Shown here in pieces: positions 26,954 to 37,028 of a stretch of DNA of 64,000 bases. This DNA comes from Candidatus Marinacidobacterales bacterium. GTDB taxonomy: Bacteria > Acidobacteriota > Vicinamibacteria > Marinacidobacterales > SMYC01. The DNA is taken from NCBI GenBank assembly GCA_965224085.1, contig CBDCYI010000011.1, positions 1,376,001 through 1,440,000 on the forward strand, given 5' to 3'. Position 1 is the first letter of the stretch. Each line of letters begins with the position of its first letter. The notes beneath the pieces are model-generated. The model saw only the letters and a list, made by a program, of their open reading frames with translations, was not told the origin of the DNA and ran no database searches. The position numbers and the translations under genes are program-made.

Positions 26954-28156
26954 CTAATCGCTTATGGTGCGGGTCAGGCGCCGGATCGCTTCTTCGATTT
27001 GGTCCTCGCGGACGAAGCTGTAGGAAAGACGCAGATAGTTGGCGCCACTACCATCGGGGAAAAAAGGCGGGCCGGCGACGAAAGCCGTCTTTTCCTCTTC
27101 GATCGCACGGCGCAAGAGCGCCTCGCTATCCGTATCTTCGGCCAGGCGCACCCAGATAAAGAACCCGCCACCGGGGTGGACCCAGCTGGCATCCGATGGA
27201 AAATGTGCGGTCATCGCACGCTCCATGACGTCGCGCTTGCTGCGGTAGAGCTCGATCGACCGCCGCACTTGCGCGTCGATGAGACCCCGGGTGCCGTAGT
27301 CGTGGACGAGTCGTTGGGTGAGCGTATTGGCGCACTGGTCCGTGCCGAGCTTGCAAAGTCCGAGCCGCTCGATGAGCGCGGGCTCAGCCGCAACCCAGCC
27401 GAGCCGCGCGCCTGGACCGAAGATCTTCGAGAACGTGTGGATGAAGAGAACGTTCTCCGGATCGAGTGCTTTGAGCGGCGCAAGCGCCTCGCCATCATAG
27501 ACGAGCTCACCATAGGCGTGATCTTCCGCGATGGGCACCTCGTAACGCCGGCAAAGCTCGACGATCCTCTCCCGGCGCGGTAGGTCCATGGTGCGCCCGG
27601 AGGGGTTTTGGAACGATGGATTCGTGTAGAAAAGGCGCGGCCGGACGCCTTTTTTGTCGAGCTCCCGAAGACGTTGTTCGAGAGCTTCCGGGTCGACACC
27701 GTGCTCATCGAGAGGGACCGGGACGATGCGGGCTTCGTAGGTGCGGAAAACATGAAGCGCCATCATGTATGTCGGCGCACCGACGAGTACAGTGTCCCCT
27801 TTGTCGAGAAGCGCCATCGCACACAAGTTCAATCCATCGACGCCGCCAGAGACGACGAGAATGTTCTCGGGCGACAACGAGACGTCGCAGCGCTCGGCCA
27901 TCCGTCTGGCAATCCATTCCCGCAGCTGGCCATAGCCAGCATTCGGCCCGTAGTTGAGCGCCGCCGCGCCCTCGTCGCGCAAGACGCGGTCCATCGACTC
28001 GCGAACCGCATCGAGATCGAAGACCGCCGGATCGGGAAGCCCACCGGCAAGCGAGATGACGTCCGGCCGCTCGGCAAGGTCGAGAATCTCCGTGACAGAG
28101 CGCGAGGGCTCGAACAGCGCCATGCGCCGCGATAGTTCAGTCGTTTGGGTATCCAT
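26954..28156 (-). CDS. PLP-dependent class I aminotransferase (LysN/Aro8-like)
   Basis: ISLAGGLP, FQNPSG, EDHAY, TFSKIFGPG.RLGW, LRLSYS. Confidence 0.9.
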   Translation of the reverse strand: MDTQTTELSRRMALFEPSRSVTEILDLAERPDVISLAGGLPDPAVFDLDAVRESMDRVLRDEGAAALNYGPNAGYGQLREWIARRMAERCDVSLSPENILVVSGGVDGLNLCAMALLDKGDTVLVGAPTYMMALHVFRTYEARIVPVPLDEHGVDPEALEQRLRELDKKGVRPRLFYTNPSFQNPSGRTMDLPRRERIVELCRRYEVPIAEDHAYGELVYDGEALAPLKALDPENVLFIHTFSKIFGPGARLGWVAAEPALIERLGLCKLGTDQCANTLTQRLVHDYGTRGLIDAQVRRSIELYRSKRDVMERAMTAHFPSDASWVHPGGGFFIWVRLAEDTDSEALLRRAIEEEKTAFVAGPPFFPDGSGANYLRLSYSFVREDQIEEAIRRLTRTISD

Positions 28157-29138
28157 CTGGAAAACGCTCCTTGAACGACCACGCGGACTCGACGATCCGC
28201 TCGAGCGATGGGAATCGAGGCTCCCAGCCAAAAACTTGACGAATTTTCCTGGACGTCGCCACGAGCCTGGGTGGATCGCCCAAGCGCCTCGGCGCGATCT
28301 CGCGAGGCACTTTCTTGCCGCTCACACGCTCAACGGCGTCGACCACTTCGAGAACGGAGTGGCCGGTCCCCGTGCCAAGGTTGAAGCTCGCGGAAGCACC
28401 GCCGGCCCGCAGGTGCTCGAGCGCTCGCACGTGGGAGATGGCGAGATCTTGAACGTGAATGTAATCGCGAATGCAGGTGCCGTCGGGCGTGTCGTAGTCG
28501 TCGCCGAAAATAGAGAGATGGGCGCGCTGTCCCATCGCCGCTTCGCAGACAAGCGGGATCAAATGGGTCTCGGGGCGGTGGTCTTCCCCGAGGTCGCCCT
28601 TTTCGTGCGCGCCCGCAGCGTTGAAGTAGCGCAGGTTGACGTGGCGAATGCCGCGCGCGGCTTCGAAATCTTGGAGAGCCCATTCGAAGACGAGCTTCGT
28701 CCGTCCGTAAGGATTGATCGGCCGCTGCGGATGGTCCTCGGCGATGGGGACGCGTTCCGGGTTCCCGTAGGTCGAGCAAGTCGACGAGAAGATCAACGCC
28801 GGCACCCCATGGCGCGCCATTGCGGAGATGAGCTCGAGGCCCCCGCTAACGTTGTTTCGGTAATACTTCTCTGGCTCTTCGACCGATTCCCCGACATAGG
28901 CCTTCGCTCCGAAATGAACAACGGCGTCGAAAGGCTCGCGGCCGAGCAACTCGTCGAGTGACTCTGCGATGTTCGGGCCCGATAAATCCGCGCGCACGAT
29001 CTCGGCGCCGCTCGCTGCGACAACGTGGCCAGCGCTTAGGTCATCGAGAATGACGACGCGCTCGTCGCGCTCGAGAAGCTCCCGGACCGTGTGGGAGCCG
29101 ACATAGCCACAACCGCCGGTGACGAGGAGCGCGGCCAC
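28137..29138 (-). CDS. galE: UDP-glucose 4-epimerase
   Basis: TGGCGYVGSH, FSSTC..YG, PYGRTK, LRYFNAAGA, DGTCIRDYIHV. Confidence 0.95.
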   Translation of the reverse strand: MAALLVTGGCGYVGSHTVRELLERDERVVILDDLSAGHVVAASGAEIVRADLSGPNIAESLDELLGREPFDAVVHFGAKAYVGESVEEPEKYYRNNVSGGLELISAMARHGVPALIFSSTCSTYGNPERVPIAEDHPQRPINPYGRTKLVFEWALQDFEAARGIRHVNLRYFNAAGAHEKGDLGEDHRPETHLIPLVCEAAMGQRAHLSIFGDDYDTPDGTCIRDYIHVQDLAISHVRALEHLRAGGASASFNLGTGTGHSVLEVVDAVERVSGKKVPREIAPRRLGDPPRLVATSRKIRQVFGWEPRFPSLERIVESAWSFKERFPDGYPND

Positions 29139-29139
29139 G

Positions 29140-30450
29140 CTAGCGACGCCCCACGCCGAAATAGGAGAACCCGAGATCTCTCAGCTTGTCCGGATTGTAG
29201 ATGTTGCGTCCGTCGAAAATCACTGGCTCTCTGAGCAAGTCGCGGACGCGGCCGAAGTCTGGCTCGCGGAACTCGTTCCACTCGGTGACGAGCACGAGAC
29301 CGTCGGCACCATCGCAAGCCTCGTAACTCTTGCGGCAATATGTCACGCTCCCGTCGACGCCCGCGAGGTGCCGGCGCGCCTCGTCGATGGCTTCGGGATC
29401 ATAGACACGGACTGAGACGCCTTCATCGATGAGTGCATGGATCAGCGCGAGCGCCGGTGCCTCGCGCATGTCATCGGTGCGGGGCTTGAACGCGAGCCCC
29501 CAGACCGCGAGACGTTTTCCTTTCAGACCATCGCCAAAATGATCGCGGATCTTCGAGACCAGATAAATCTTCTGGGCTTCGTTCACCCGCTCTGTGGCTT
29601 CGATGAGCTCGAGCCTGACGCCGGCATCACGCGCCGTCTTCAAAAGCGCGCGGATATCTTTCGGAAAGCAGGATCCGCCATAGCCGACGCCGGGAAAAAG
29701 GAACGGGTGTCCGATGCGGCTATCGGTGCCGAGAGCACGGCGCACGTTCGCCACATCCGCCCCGACGTTCTCGCACAGGCGTGCGATCTCATTCATGAAG
29801 CTGATGCGGCTCGCGAGCATCGCGTTGGCGGCATATTTTGTGACTTCGGCGCTCTCGGGGTCCATCACGAGGACGGGATTGCCGGTACGCATGAAGGGCC
29901 GGTAGAGCTCTTTCATGAGCTCCGCTACCGCAGGGTCGTCCGTGCCCACAACAACGCGGTCGGGGCGCAGAAAGTCGTCGATCGCCGCACCCTCTTTCAA
30001 GAACTCGGGGTTCGAGACAACGGCAACCGGGTGACGCGTGATTCTTGAGAGGGTCTTCTTGACGGAGCGGTTCGTGCCGACGGGGACGGTGCTCTTGAGG
30101 ACGACGATCTTGTACTCGTCCATGGCATGACCGATGCCTTCGGCGACGGAGACAACGTGCGACATGTCCGCCGAGCCGTCTTCACGCGTCGGCGTGCCGA
30201 CGGCGATGAAGAGAATCTTCGACTGCCGCACCGCGTTGTCGAAATCCTTCGTGAAGCTCAAACGTTCTTCGTCGACATTCCGCTTCACGAGCTCCGCGAG
30301 CCCAGGCTCGTAGATAGGGATTTCGCCACGCTGCAAACGAGTAATTTTGTCTTCATCGATATCGACAGCGATAACATGGTTGCCGTTCTCGGCGAGACAA
30401 GCCGATACGACGAGGCCGACATAACCGGTTCCTACAACTGAAATATTCAT
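29140..30450 (-). CDS. ugd: UDP-glucose 6-dehydrogenase
   Basis: GTGYVGL, KSTVPVGT, SNPEFLKEG, GYGGSCFPKD, GLAFKP.TDDMRE. Confidence 0.96.
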   Translation of the reverse strand: MNISVVGTGYVGLVVSACLAENGNHVIAVDIDEDKITRLQRGEIPIYEPGLAELVKRNVDEERLSFTKDFDNAVRQSKILFIAVGTPTREDGSADMSHVVSVAEGIGHAMDEYKIVVLKSTVPVGTNRSVKKTLSRITRHPVAVVSNPEFLKEGAAIDDFLRPDRVVVGTDDPAVAELMKELYRPFMRTGNPVLVMDPESAEVTKYAANAMLASRISFMNEIARLCENVGADVANVRRALGTDSRIGHPFLFPGVGYGGSCFPKDIRALLKTARDAGVRLELIEATERVNEAQKIYLVSKIRDHFGDGLKGKRLAVWGLAFKPRTDDMREAPALALIHALIDEGVSVRVYDPEAIDEARRHLAGVDGSVTYCRKSYEACDGADGLVLVTEWNEFREPDFGRVRDLLREPVIFDGRNIYNPDKLRDLGFSYFGVGRR

Positions 30451-30590
30451 CTACCCTCTTGCTAACGTAGCGGCCCAAGCCGGTTATTTTATCGCGTGAA
30501 CCAGTGTCCTGCCAGGAAGGGGTAACGGGGACCCGCCAGGTGTCGCGAACGGGGCGGTAAAGCGGCGCGAGATGCTAACATCGCGGAAAC

Positions 30591-31712
30591 ATGGCGAAGC
30601 TCACCATTGGTGTCGATTTCCGTCCGGCGCTGTCACACGCGACGGGCGTCGGCCGCTACTTCGAGGGACTTGTCGGAGGTCTTGGCCGCGTCGACAGCGA
30701 GAATAACTACGTGCTGTTCTCGAGCTCCTGGAAAGAGCGCCCCGAGCTGCGGCCGCGGCCGGATAATTTCCGGCTCATCGACCGCCGCGTCCCGGTCCGT
30801 GTTCTGAACGCGCTCTGGCACCGGTTCGAGACCCCCTCGCTCGACTGGCTCGCCGGCGAGCGTCTGGACGTGGCGCATTCTCCGACTCCCCTCATTCTGC
30901 CTACCCGTCGCGGCCGTACCATCATTACTATATGCGACCTATTCTTCCTCGAGCGGCCTGAGGCCACGAGCCGCGAGATCCGACGGGATTACGTGAACTT
31001 GGTCCGCTCGCATGCCAGAAAAGCCGACGCCGTCATCGCCATCTCCGAGACCACGGCACGTGACGTCCAAGAAAAACTCGACGTACCTCCCGAGCGGATC
31101 ACCGTGATTCACGCCGGGCTCGACAGCCGATTCTCGGGGCCCACCGAGAAGGTCACCCCCGCCGTGCACGAGGACTACATCCTCACGGTCGCCTCGCTCG
31201 AACCGCGCAAGAACCTCACGAGACTCCTGGAAGCGCTCGCGCTTTTGCGGGAGAGGGGCTTCGAAGGTCGTTTGCGCATCGCGGGTGGCGACGGACTCGA
31301 TGCGCCGCGCGTCGACGACACGATCCACCGGCTGATGCTCGAAGACAGCGTCGACAAGCTGGGCTATGTGGACGCGGCGGCTCTGGTATCGCTCTATCGG
31401 TCCGCGCGCATCGTGGTAATGCCATCCCTCTGGGAAGGATTCGGCCTCCCGCTTTTAGAAGCGATGGCGTCGGAAACGCCTCTCGTTGCCTCCGACATTC
31501 CGGTCCATCGCGAAGTGGCGGGAGACGCGGCGCTCTTCGCCCCGCCCGGGAACGTTCGAGCGCTCGCGGACACCATCGACCGCACGTGGTGCGACCAAGA
31601 GCTCCGCGCACAGCTCGTCGCACGCGGCTTGGAGCGAAAAGAGCTTTTCTCTTGGGACGCGTCCGCAAACAAAGCGCGCTCTCTCTATGAGCGCGTTGCA
31701 GGTAAAGTGTGA
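30591..31712 (+). CDS. Glycosyltransferase family 4
   Basis: TGVGRY, EPRKN, PS.WEGFGLPLLEAMA. Confidence 0.92.
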   Translation: MAKLTIGVDFRPALSHATGVGRYFEGLVGGLGRVDSENNYVLFSSSWKERPELRPRPDNFRLIDRRVPVRVLNALWHRFETPSLDWLAGERLDVAHSPTPLILPTRRGRTIITICDLFFLERPEATSREIRRDYVNLVRSHARKADAVIAISETTARDVQEKLDVPPERITVIHAGLDSRFSGPTEKVTPAVHEDYILTVASLEPRKNLTRLLEALALLRERGFEGRLRIAGGDGLDAPRVDDTIHRLMLEDSVDKLGYVDAAALVSLYRSARIVVMPSLWEGFGLPLLEAMASETPLVASDIPVHREVAGDAALFAPPGNVRALADTIDRTWCDQELRAQLVARGLERKELFSWDASANKARSLYERVAGKV

Positions 31713-32596
31713 CGGAGCTCTCCATCGCGATCGTGAGCTACAACGCTCGGGGCGAACTCGAGAACTGTCTCCGTTCCATCCTCGAGAACTCGGATGGGTG
31801 CGAGCTCGAAATCGTGGTCACCGACAACGCGTCCACCGATGGCAGCGTTGCGCTCGTCGAGAGCAACTTTCCGAGCGTCGCGATCGAGCGCTCTGGCGAG
31901 AATGCCGGTTTTTCCAGGGCATCGAACCGTTCTTGGAGGCGGGCTCGAGGGGAGCTCGTATTGTTCTTGAACAGCGACACCGTTGTCCCGAAGGGCGCCA
32001 TCGCAACGATGGTCGCACGCATGAAGGCACGGCCCGAGATCGGAGCGCTCGGTCCCCGCTTGCGCAATGCGGAAGGTGCTCTCGAGATGTCCTTCGGAGC
32101 GATGTTGTCGCTCACCGCGGAAGCTTGGCAGAAATTTCTGAACGCGGGTTACCACGACGGCGCCGGTCCGCTGCGGGGTTTCGTCGAAGCTCGACTCGCA
32201 CGCGAGCGGGAGGTCGATTGGGTGAGCGGCGCGTGTCTGATGACGCGCCGAGATCTGCTTGAGACGATCGGCGGCTTCGACGAAACGTTCTTTCTCTATT
32301 CCGAGGACGTCGATCTCTGCGCATGCATTCGTGCCCAAGGCAAGAAGGTCGTCTTCACACCCGACGTCGAAGTAACCCATCTTCGAGGCCGATCGACGAC
32401 CCAGCTTCCCGACAAAGCGTTTGTGGAGTCCCAGCGAAGCCGTTTGCACTTCTACGCGAAACATTACGGCCAGCCGCGTCTCGGGTTGCTGAAACTCTAC
32501 ATGACGGCGGGACTCGGACTGGCATATCTTTTTCGCCCCTCATTGCGGCGCACCTATGGGAAGGCCCTGCGCCTTTTGGTCCAAGGAGACCACTAA
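31709..32596 (+). CDS. Glycosyltransferase family 2
   Basis: SYN, DNASTDGS, LNSD, DWVSGAC, FDE.FFLY.EDVD. Confidence 0.92.
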   Translation: MTELSIAIVSYNARGELENCLRSILENSDGCELEIVVTDNASTDGSVALVESNFPSVAIERSGENAGFSRASNRSWRRARGELVLFLNSDTVVPKGAIATMVARMKARPEIGALGPRLRNAEGALEMSFGAMLSLTAEAWQKFLNAGYHDGAGPLRGFVEARLAREREVDWVSGACLMTRRDLLETIGGFDETFFLYSEDVDLCACIRAQGKKVVFTPDVEVTHLRGRSTTQLPDKAFVESQRSRLHFYAKHYGQPRLGLLKLYMTAGLGLAYLFRPSLRRTYGKALRLLVQGDH

Positions 32597-32669
32597 TGAA
32601 AGCCGCAAGCCGAGAGCCTAGCCAGGTAAACCTTAGAACTTTTGAAACGCAGAGACATTCGGCAGCACG

Positions 32670-33635
32670 ATGAAAATCGTAATCGTCACCCCGGGAAGCG
32701 AGCCTTCCCTGCAGGGGCAAGTGACCGGTAACGAGGTCACCGCGCGTCGCTGGGAAGCGGTGCTTCGCAAGCTCGGTCACGATCCCATTGTGCTCGAGCA
32801 ATATGCGAGCGAAGAAGCCGACCTTCTCATAGCACTCCACGCTCGCAAGAGCTCCACGTCGATCGAAGCGTTCAAAGAGTCTTTCCCCAAAAAACCGCTC
32901 GTCGTCGCGATGACCGGCACCGACCTCTATCAAGATCTACCCGATGATGACGAGGCCGTTCGCCGCTCGCTCGAGCTTGCGACGCATATCGTCGTGCTCC
33001 AGCCGGGTGGGCGCGATATTCTCGACGCGTCGCTCCGCCCGAAGACGATAGTAATCTATCAATCCGCGCAACCGATCGCGCGCACCATCACGAAAGCGGC
33101 CAATTGTTTCCAGGCCTGCCTCGTGGCGCATCTTCGCGATGTAAAGGACCCGCTGCTCGCGGCCGAAGCCGCGTCCATGCTTCCGAGAACGTCCCGGGTG
33201 CAAATCGTGCACGCTGGCGCGGCGGCGTCTTCGAAGATGGAAAAACGCGCGAAACACGCCGCGACCCAAAACACTCGCTACCGCTGGATCGGTCCGGTCC
33301 CGCACGAGGAAGCCAGGCTTCTCGTAGCGCGCAGCCACATCCTTTTGTTGACGTCGCGCTCCGAAGGCGGCGCGAACGTGCTCTCCGAAGCCTTAGCACT
33401 CGGCACCCCCATCCTCACGAGCCAGGTGCCAGGCGTCGAAGGCCTGCTAGGTCCACACTTTCCGGGATATTTCCCTGCGGGAGACGCAGGGAGCCTAGCG
33501 ACGCTTCTCGAGCGGGCAGAGCATGACGAAGTGTTCTATCGGAGACTCGAGCTCGCGGGCGAGAAGCTCGCATCGATGGTGGCGCCTTCCTGGGAGCTTC
33601 AGTCTTGGAGGCGATTGCTCAGCCCCATGGCGTGA
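32670..33635 (+). CDS. senB: TIGR04348-type glycosyltransferase (selenosugar synthase SenB-like)
   Basis: IVTP....GN.VTA.RW, LIALHARKS, TGTDLY, HLR.VKDP, SEGGANV.SEA, G.LG..FPGYFP.GD are characteristic of the family. Confidence 0.8.
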   Translation: MKIVIVTPGSEPSLQGQVTGNEVTARRWEAVLRKLGHDPIVLEQYASEEADLLIALHARKSSTSIEAFKESFPKKPLVVAMTGTDLYQDLPDDDEAVRRSLELATHIVVLQPGGRDILDASLRPKTIVIYQSAQPIARTITKAANCFQACLVAHLRDVKDPLLAAEAASMLPRTSRVQIVHAGAAASSKMEKRAKHAATQNTRYRWIGPVPHEEARLLVARSHILLLTSRSEGGANVLSEALALGTPILTSQVPGVEGLLGPHFPGYFPAGDAGSLATLLERAEHDEVFYRRLELAGEKLASMVAPSWELQSWRRLLSPMA

Positions 33636-33686
33636 CGGTCGATCTGGCGGAATCTCGTTCGTCTCCAAGATGAAAGGAGAAACGAC

Positions 33687-34043
33687 ATGCAATATGCGCT
33701 GCTGATTTATTCCGACGAGGCGAAGGAGCCGAAACCCGGCACAAAAGAGTTCGACGACTATATGGGGGCCTATTTCGCGCTCTCCGACGAGGTCAAGAAA
33801 AACGGCATTTACCAGTTCGGCAGCGCGCTCCAGGACGTCGCCGCGGCGACGACGGTGAAGGTGCGCGACGAGCAGACCACGACGATCGATGGTCCGTTTG
33901 CGGAGACCAAGGAACAGCTCGGCGGGCTCTACGTTCTCGAATGCAAGGATCTCGACGAGGCGATCGAATATGCTGCACGGATCCCGACGGCGAAACACGG
34001 CTCGGTCGAGATCCGGCCCGTCATGAATTTCGATCAGGAATGA
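33687..34043 (+). CDS. YciI/DGPF-family protein
   Basis: DGPFAETKEQLGG, VEIRP. Confidence 0.92.
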   Translation: MQYALLIYSDEAKEPKPGTKEFDDYMGAYFALSDEVKKNGIYQFGSALQDVAAATTVKVRDEQTTTIDGPFAETKEQLGGLYVLECKDLDEAIEYAARIPTAKHGSVEIRPVMNFDQE

Positions 34044-34044
34044 G

Positions 34045-35295
34045 GTGACATCATCCACGAAGGAGGCTGCGGCGCGCGTCTTTCGAGATCACTCGGGACG
34101 CGTGCTGGCCACCCTCATCCGCCAGCTCGAAGATTTCGATCGCGCCGAGGACGCGCTCCAGGACGCCTTCACGCGCGCGCTCGAGACCTGGCCTGAACGC
34201 GGCATCCCGGACGAGCCCGCAGCGTGGCTCATCACGACGGCGCGGAACAAAGCCATCGACCGTCTCCGCCGCGAGAGCAACTTTGCCGCGAAGCAAGATG
34301 AGATCCGGAGGACAGTTGAGCGCTGGGCTCCTGCGCTCGATGACGAAGATGACTCCATCATTGCCGATGATCCGCTCAAGCTCATCTTCACCGCATGCCA
34401 CCCGTCACTCTCCATGGAAGCGCGGGTCGCGCTCACACTGCGCACGCTTGGAGGGCTGACCACGCGTGAGATCGCGCGCGCGTTTCTCGTCCCTGAAGCA
34501 ACGATGGCGCAGCGACTCGTGCGCGCGAAGAAAAAGATCCGTATCGCCGGGATCCCTTACCAAGTTCCCGATGCGCCTCGGCTTTCGGAGAGGCTCGACG
34601 GCGTGCTCGCCGTGCTCTACCTCATCTTCAACGAAGGCTACGCCGCGAGCGCGGGCGACGTGCTCGTCCGGCAAGAGCTCTCGTCGGAAGCCATTCGCCT
34701 CGGGAAGCTTGTCTGCGAACTCGCTCCCGGCGAGCCCGAAGCTCTCGGGCTGACATCGCTCATGCTTCTTCACGACGCCCGCCGGGCCGCGCGCGTCTCG
34801 GATTCAGGGGAGCTCGTGACGCTCGAAGAGCAAAACCGTGCTCTCTGGGATAAAGAGCAAATCTTTCTCGGACTCACCTATCTCGATCGCGCGATGCGTC
34901 TTCGGCGGCCCAGACCCTACCAGCTCCAGGCAGCGATTGGCGCCTGTCATGCGAGCGCGGCGTCAGCGGAGGCGACCAACTGGGCACGTATCGTCGAGCT
35001 CTACGACCACTTGTGGAAGCTCACCGCCTCGCCCATCGTCGCGTTAAACCGCGCTGCGGCCATTGGCATGGCACGCGGACCCGAGGACGGTTTGAAAGAG
35101 CTAGAACAGGTGTCCGCGAGCGGAAGCCTGAGCGACTACTATCTCCTTCACGCAGCACGCGCGGACCTTCTGCGCCGCTCCGGCCGATTCGAAGAGGCCG
35201 CCTCCGCCTATGACGAAGCCCTCGCCCGCGTCACGAACGACACCGAGCGCAGCTATCTGATGCGCCGTCGCCGAACCGTGACGCGAATGCGTTGA
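34045..35295 (+). CDS. ECF sigma factor with C-terminal TPR extension (ECF42-type)
   Basis: AEDA.Q.AF..AL..WP, CHP.L, TM.QRLVRAK, YLIFNEGY, YQLQAAI; adjacent DGPF gene. Confidence 0.9.
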   Translation: MTSSTKEAAARVFRDHSGRVLATLIRQLEDFDRAEDALQDAFTRALETWPERGIPDEPAAWLITTARNKAIDRLRRESNFAAKQDEIRRTVERWAPALDDEDDSIIADDPLKLIFTACHPSLSMEARVALTLRTLGGLTTREIARAFLVPEATMAQRLVRAKKKIRIAGIPYQVPDAPRLSERLDGVLAVLYLIFNEGYAASAGDVLVRQELSSEAIRLGKLVCELAPGEPEALGLTSLMLLHDARRAARVSDSGELVTLEEQNRALWDKEQIFLGLTYLDRAMRLRRPRPYQLQAAIGACHASAASAEATNWARIVELYDHLWKLTASPIVALNRAAAIGMARGPEDGLKELEQVSASGSLSDYYLLHAARADLLRRSGRFEEAASAYDEALARVTNDTERSYLMRRRRTVTRMR

Positions 35296-35320
35296 CAACG
35301 TGGCGTCCTCCTACTAAGAT
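35292..35320 (+). promoter_or_regulatory. Sigma70 promoter for second PilZ gene
   Basis: TTGACA-17 bp-TAAGAT. Confidence 0.7.
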
Positions 35321-35389
35321 ATCTACCCAATCCAGGCGAAACGCGCCCCCCAACGGCGTATGTGAGTAACATCGACAGCAAGGACTCCA

Positions 35390-35860
35390 ATGGCGACGCA
35401 GTTCGATAAGTTACGAACGATTGGACGGATGGCCCCGAAGACGCCGGCGACGGCTGCGGTCTTCCAGGATGGCCAAAAACTCGCCTACGGCGTCGTCATC
35501 AACATGTCGGTCACGGGCGCCTGCATCGTGACCGATAGACGGCTCGCGGAAGGGCACGATATGACCCTAAAGCTTTCGCTCTACAAGCAGGCGGAGCTCT
35601 TCGAGATCCCGGCGCGCGTCATTTGGGTGCGACAAGGCCGGGCGCAAGAGTTAGGCGTCGACGGGCTGCAGCTACACGGCATCAAGTTCACGGAATCAAG
35701 CGCGACCCTCAAAGCCCGGCTTCACGCTGTCCTCGGCGGGGATGCCTTCGTCCACGTGTTCAGCCCGTCCACGGAGCTCGACGTGCTTCAGAGCGAGCTC
35801 GCGGTTGAGCTCAAGAACCTCGGCGTCAAGATGAATCAAACAACGGGCGACAAATCGTGA
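35390..35860 (+). CDS. PilZ-like protein (paralog of 13903-14397)
   Basis: RMAP..PATAAVF.D, N.SVTGACIVTD, ARV.W, LHG.kF shared with the first copy. Confidence 0.8.
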   Translation: MATQFDKLRTIGRMAPKTPATAAVFQDGQKLAYGVVINMSVTGACIVTDRRLAEGHDMTLKLSLYKQAELFEIPARVIWVRQGRAQELGVDGLQLHGIKFTESSATLKARLHAVLGGDAFVHVFSPSTELDVLQSELAVELKNLGVKMNQTTGDKS

Positions 35861-35914
35861 TAGTGTTCTCGAAGTTTGCATGGAGCATCTGGGCTGATGA
35901 GGGCGTAGCGGATC

Positions 35915-37027
35915 ATGCGGATCGCGATCGACGTCCGCAAGATCAAAGATTTCGGTATTGGGACCTACCTTCGAAATTTGATCCGGCACCTTCCAGCGCT
36001 CGACACGGATAACGACTACTACCTCCTTGGGTACCGGCAGGACGAGACGCTCCTGCGCTCATTGTCCTCGATGTTCGAGATCTCCTTCGTCAAAGCGCGT
36101 AACTATTCGCTCTCGGAGCACGTCACGATCCCGTTCGCCCTCAAGCGGATTAGGGCTGACCTCTACCACGCGCCCCACTACGTGCTACCCTTTTTCACGC
36201 CATGCCGCTCCGTCGTCACTATCCACGACGTCATCCACCTCTTGTTTCCGCAATACTTGCCCTCGGCCTGGGCCAAACACTACGCGAAGTTCATGATCGG
36301 CCGAGCGCTCGAAAAGGCGCGGATCGTCATGACGGTCTCGAAAGCGTCCAAGCGCGATTTGCTCGGATTTTTCGATGTTGACGAAGCCAAGATCCGCGTC
36401 ATCCCGAACGGCATCGACCCCATCATGACGGAGGAGCTCGAGTCGGGCGCGATCGACCGGCTGCGGCAGCGATTTCAGCTCAAAGGCAGGAACGCGCTCT
36501 TCGTCGGCAACATCAAGCCTCACAAAAACGTCGAACGCTTGATTGCAGCCTTGGCCAGGCTTCGCGACAGCACGTGGTTCTCAGATGTCAACCTCATCGT
36601 CGTCGGGGACGAAATGTCGAGATATCCTTCGCTGCGACGCGCGGTCGAACGACACAAAGTGCGCGGCAACGTTCGCTTTTTTGGCTTCGTTCCCGAGCTC
36701 ACGCTCGTAGCTTTGTACCGCGCCGCCGATGTGTTCGTATTTCCATCCTTGTACGAAGGCTTCGGCCTTCCGCCGCTCGAAGCGATGGCCAACGGCACGC
36801 CGGTCATCACGTCCAAGATCTCGTCGCTTCCCGAAGTCGTGGGCGATGCCGCGCTCACCGTCGACCCCTATAACGTCGATGAGATCGCCGAGGCCATGAA
36901 AACGGTTCTGACCGATGAGGCGACGCGTGAGCGGCTAAAGCAGAAAGGCCGCCTTCGCGCCGAACGTTTCTCGTGGAAGGAGGCGGTGGCGCAGATCCAA
37001 GACACTTACATGACCGCCCTGAGTTAG
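35915..37027 (+). CDS. Glycosyltransferase family 4
   Basis: [30 protein letters not shown]. Confidence 0.92.
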   Translation: MRIAIDVRKIKDFGIGTYLRNLIRHLPALDTDNDYYLLGYRQDETLLRSLSSMFEISFVKARNYSLSEHVTIPFALKRIRADLYHAPHYVLPFFTPCRSVVTIHDVIHLLFPQYLPSAWAKHYAKFMIGRALEKARIVMTVSKASKRDLLGFFDVDEAKIRVIPNGIDPIMTEELESGAIDRLRQRFQLKGRNALFVGNIKPHKNVERLIAALARLRDSTWFSDVNLIVVGDEMSRYPSLRRAVERHKVRGNVRFFGFVPELTLVALYRAADVFVFPSLYEGFGLPPLEAMANGTPVITSKISSLPEVVGDAALTVDPYNVDEIAEAMKTVLTDEATRERLKQKGRLRAERFSWKEAVAQIQDTYMTALS

Positions 37028-37028
37028 T

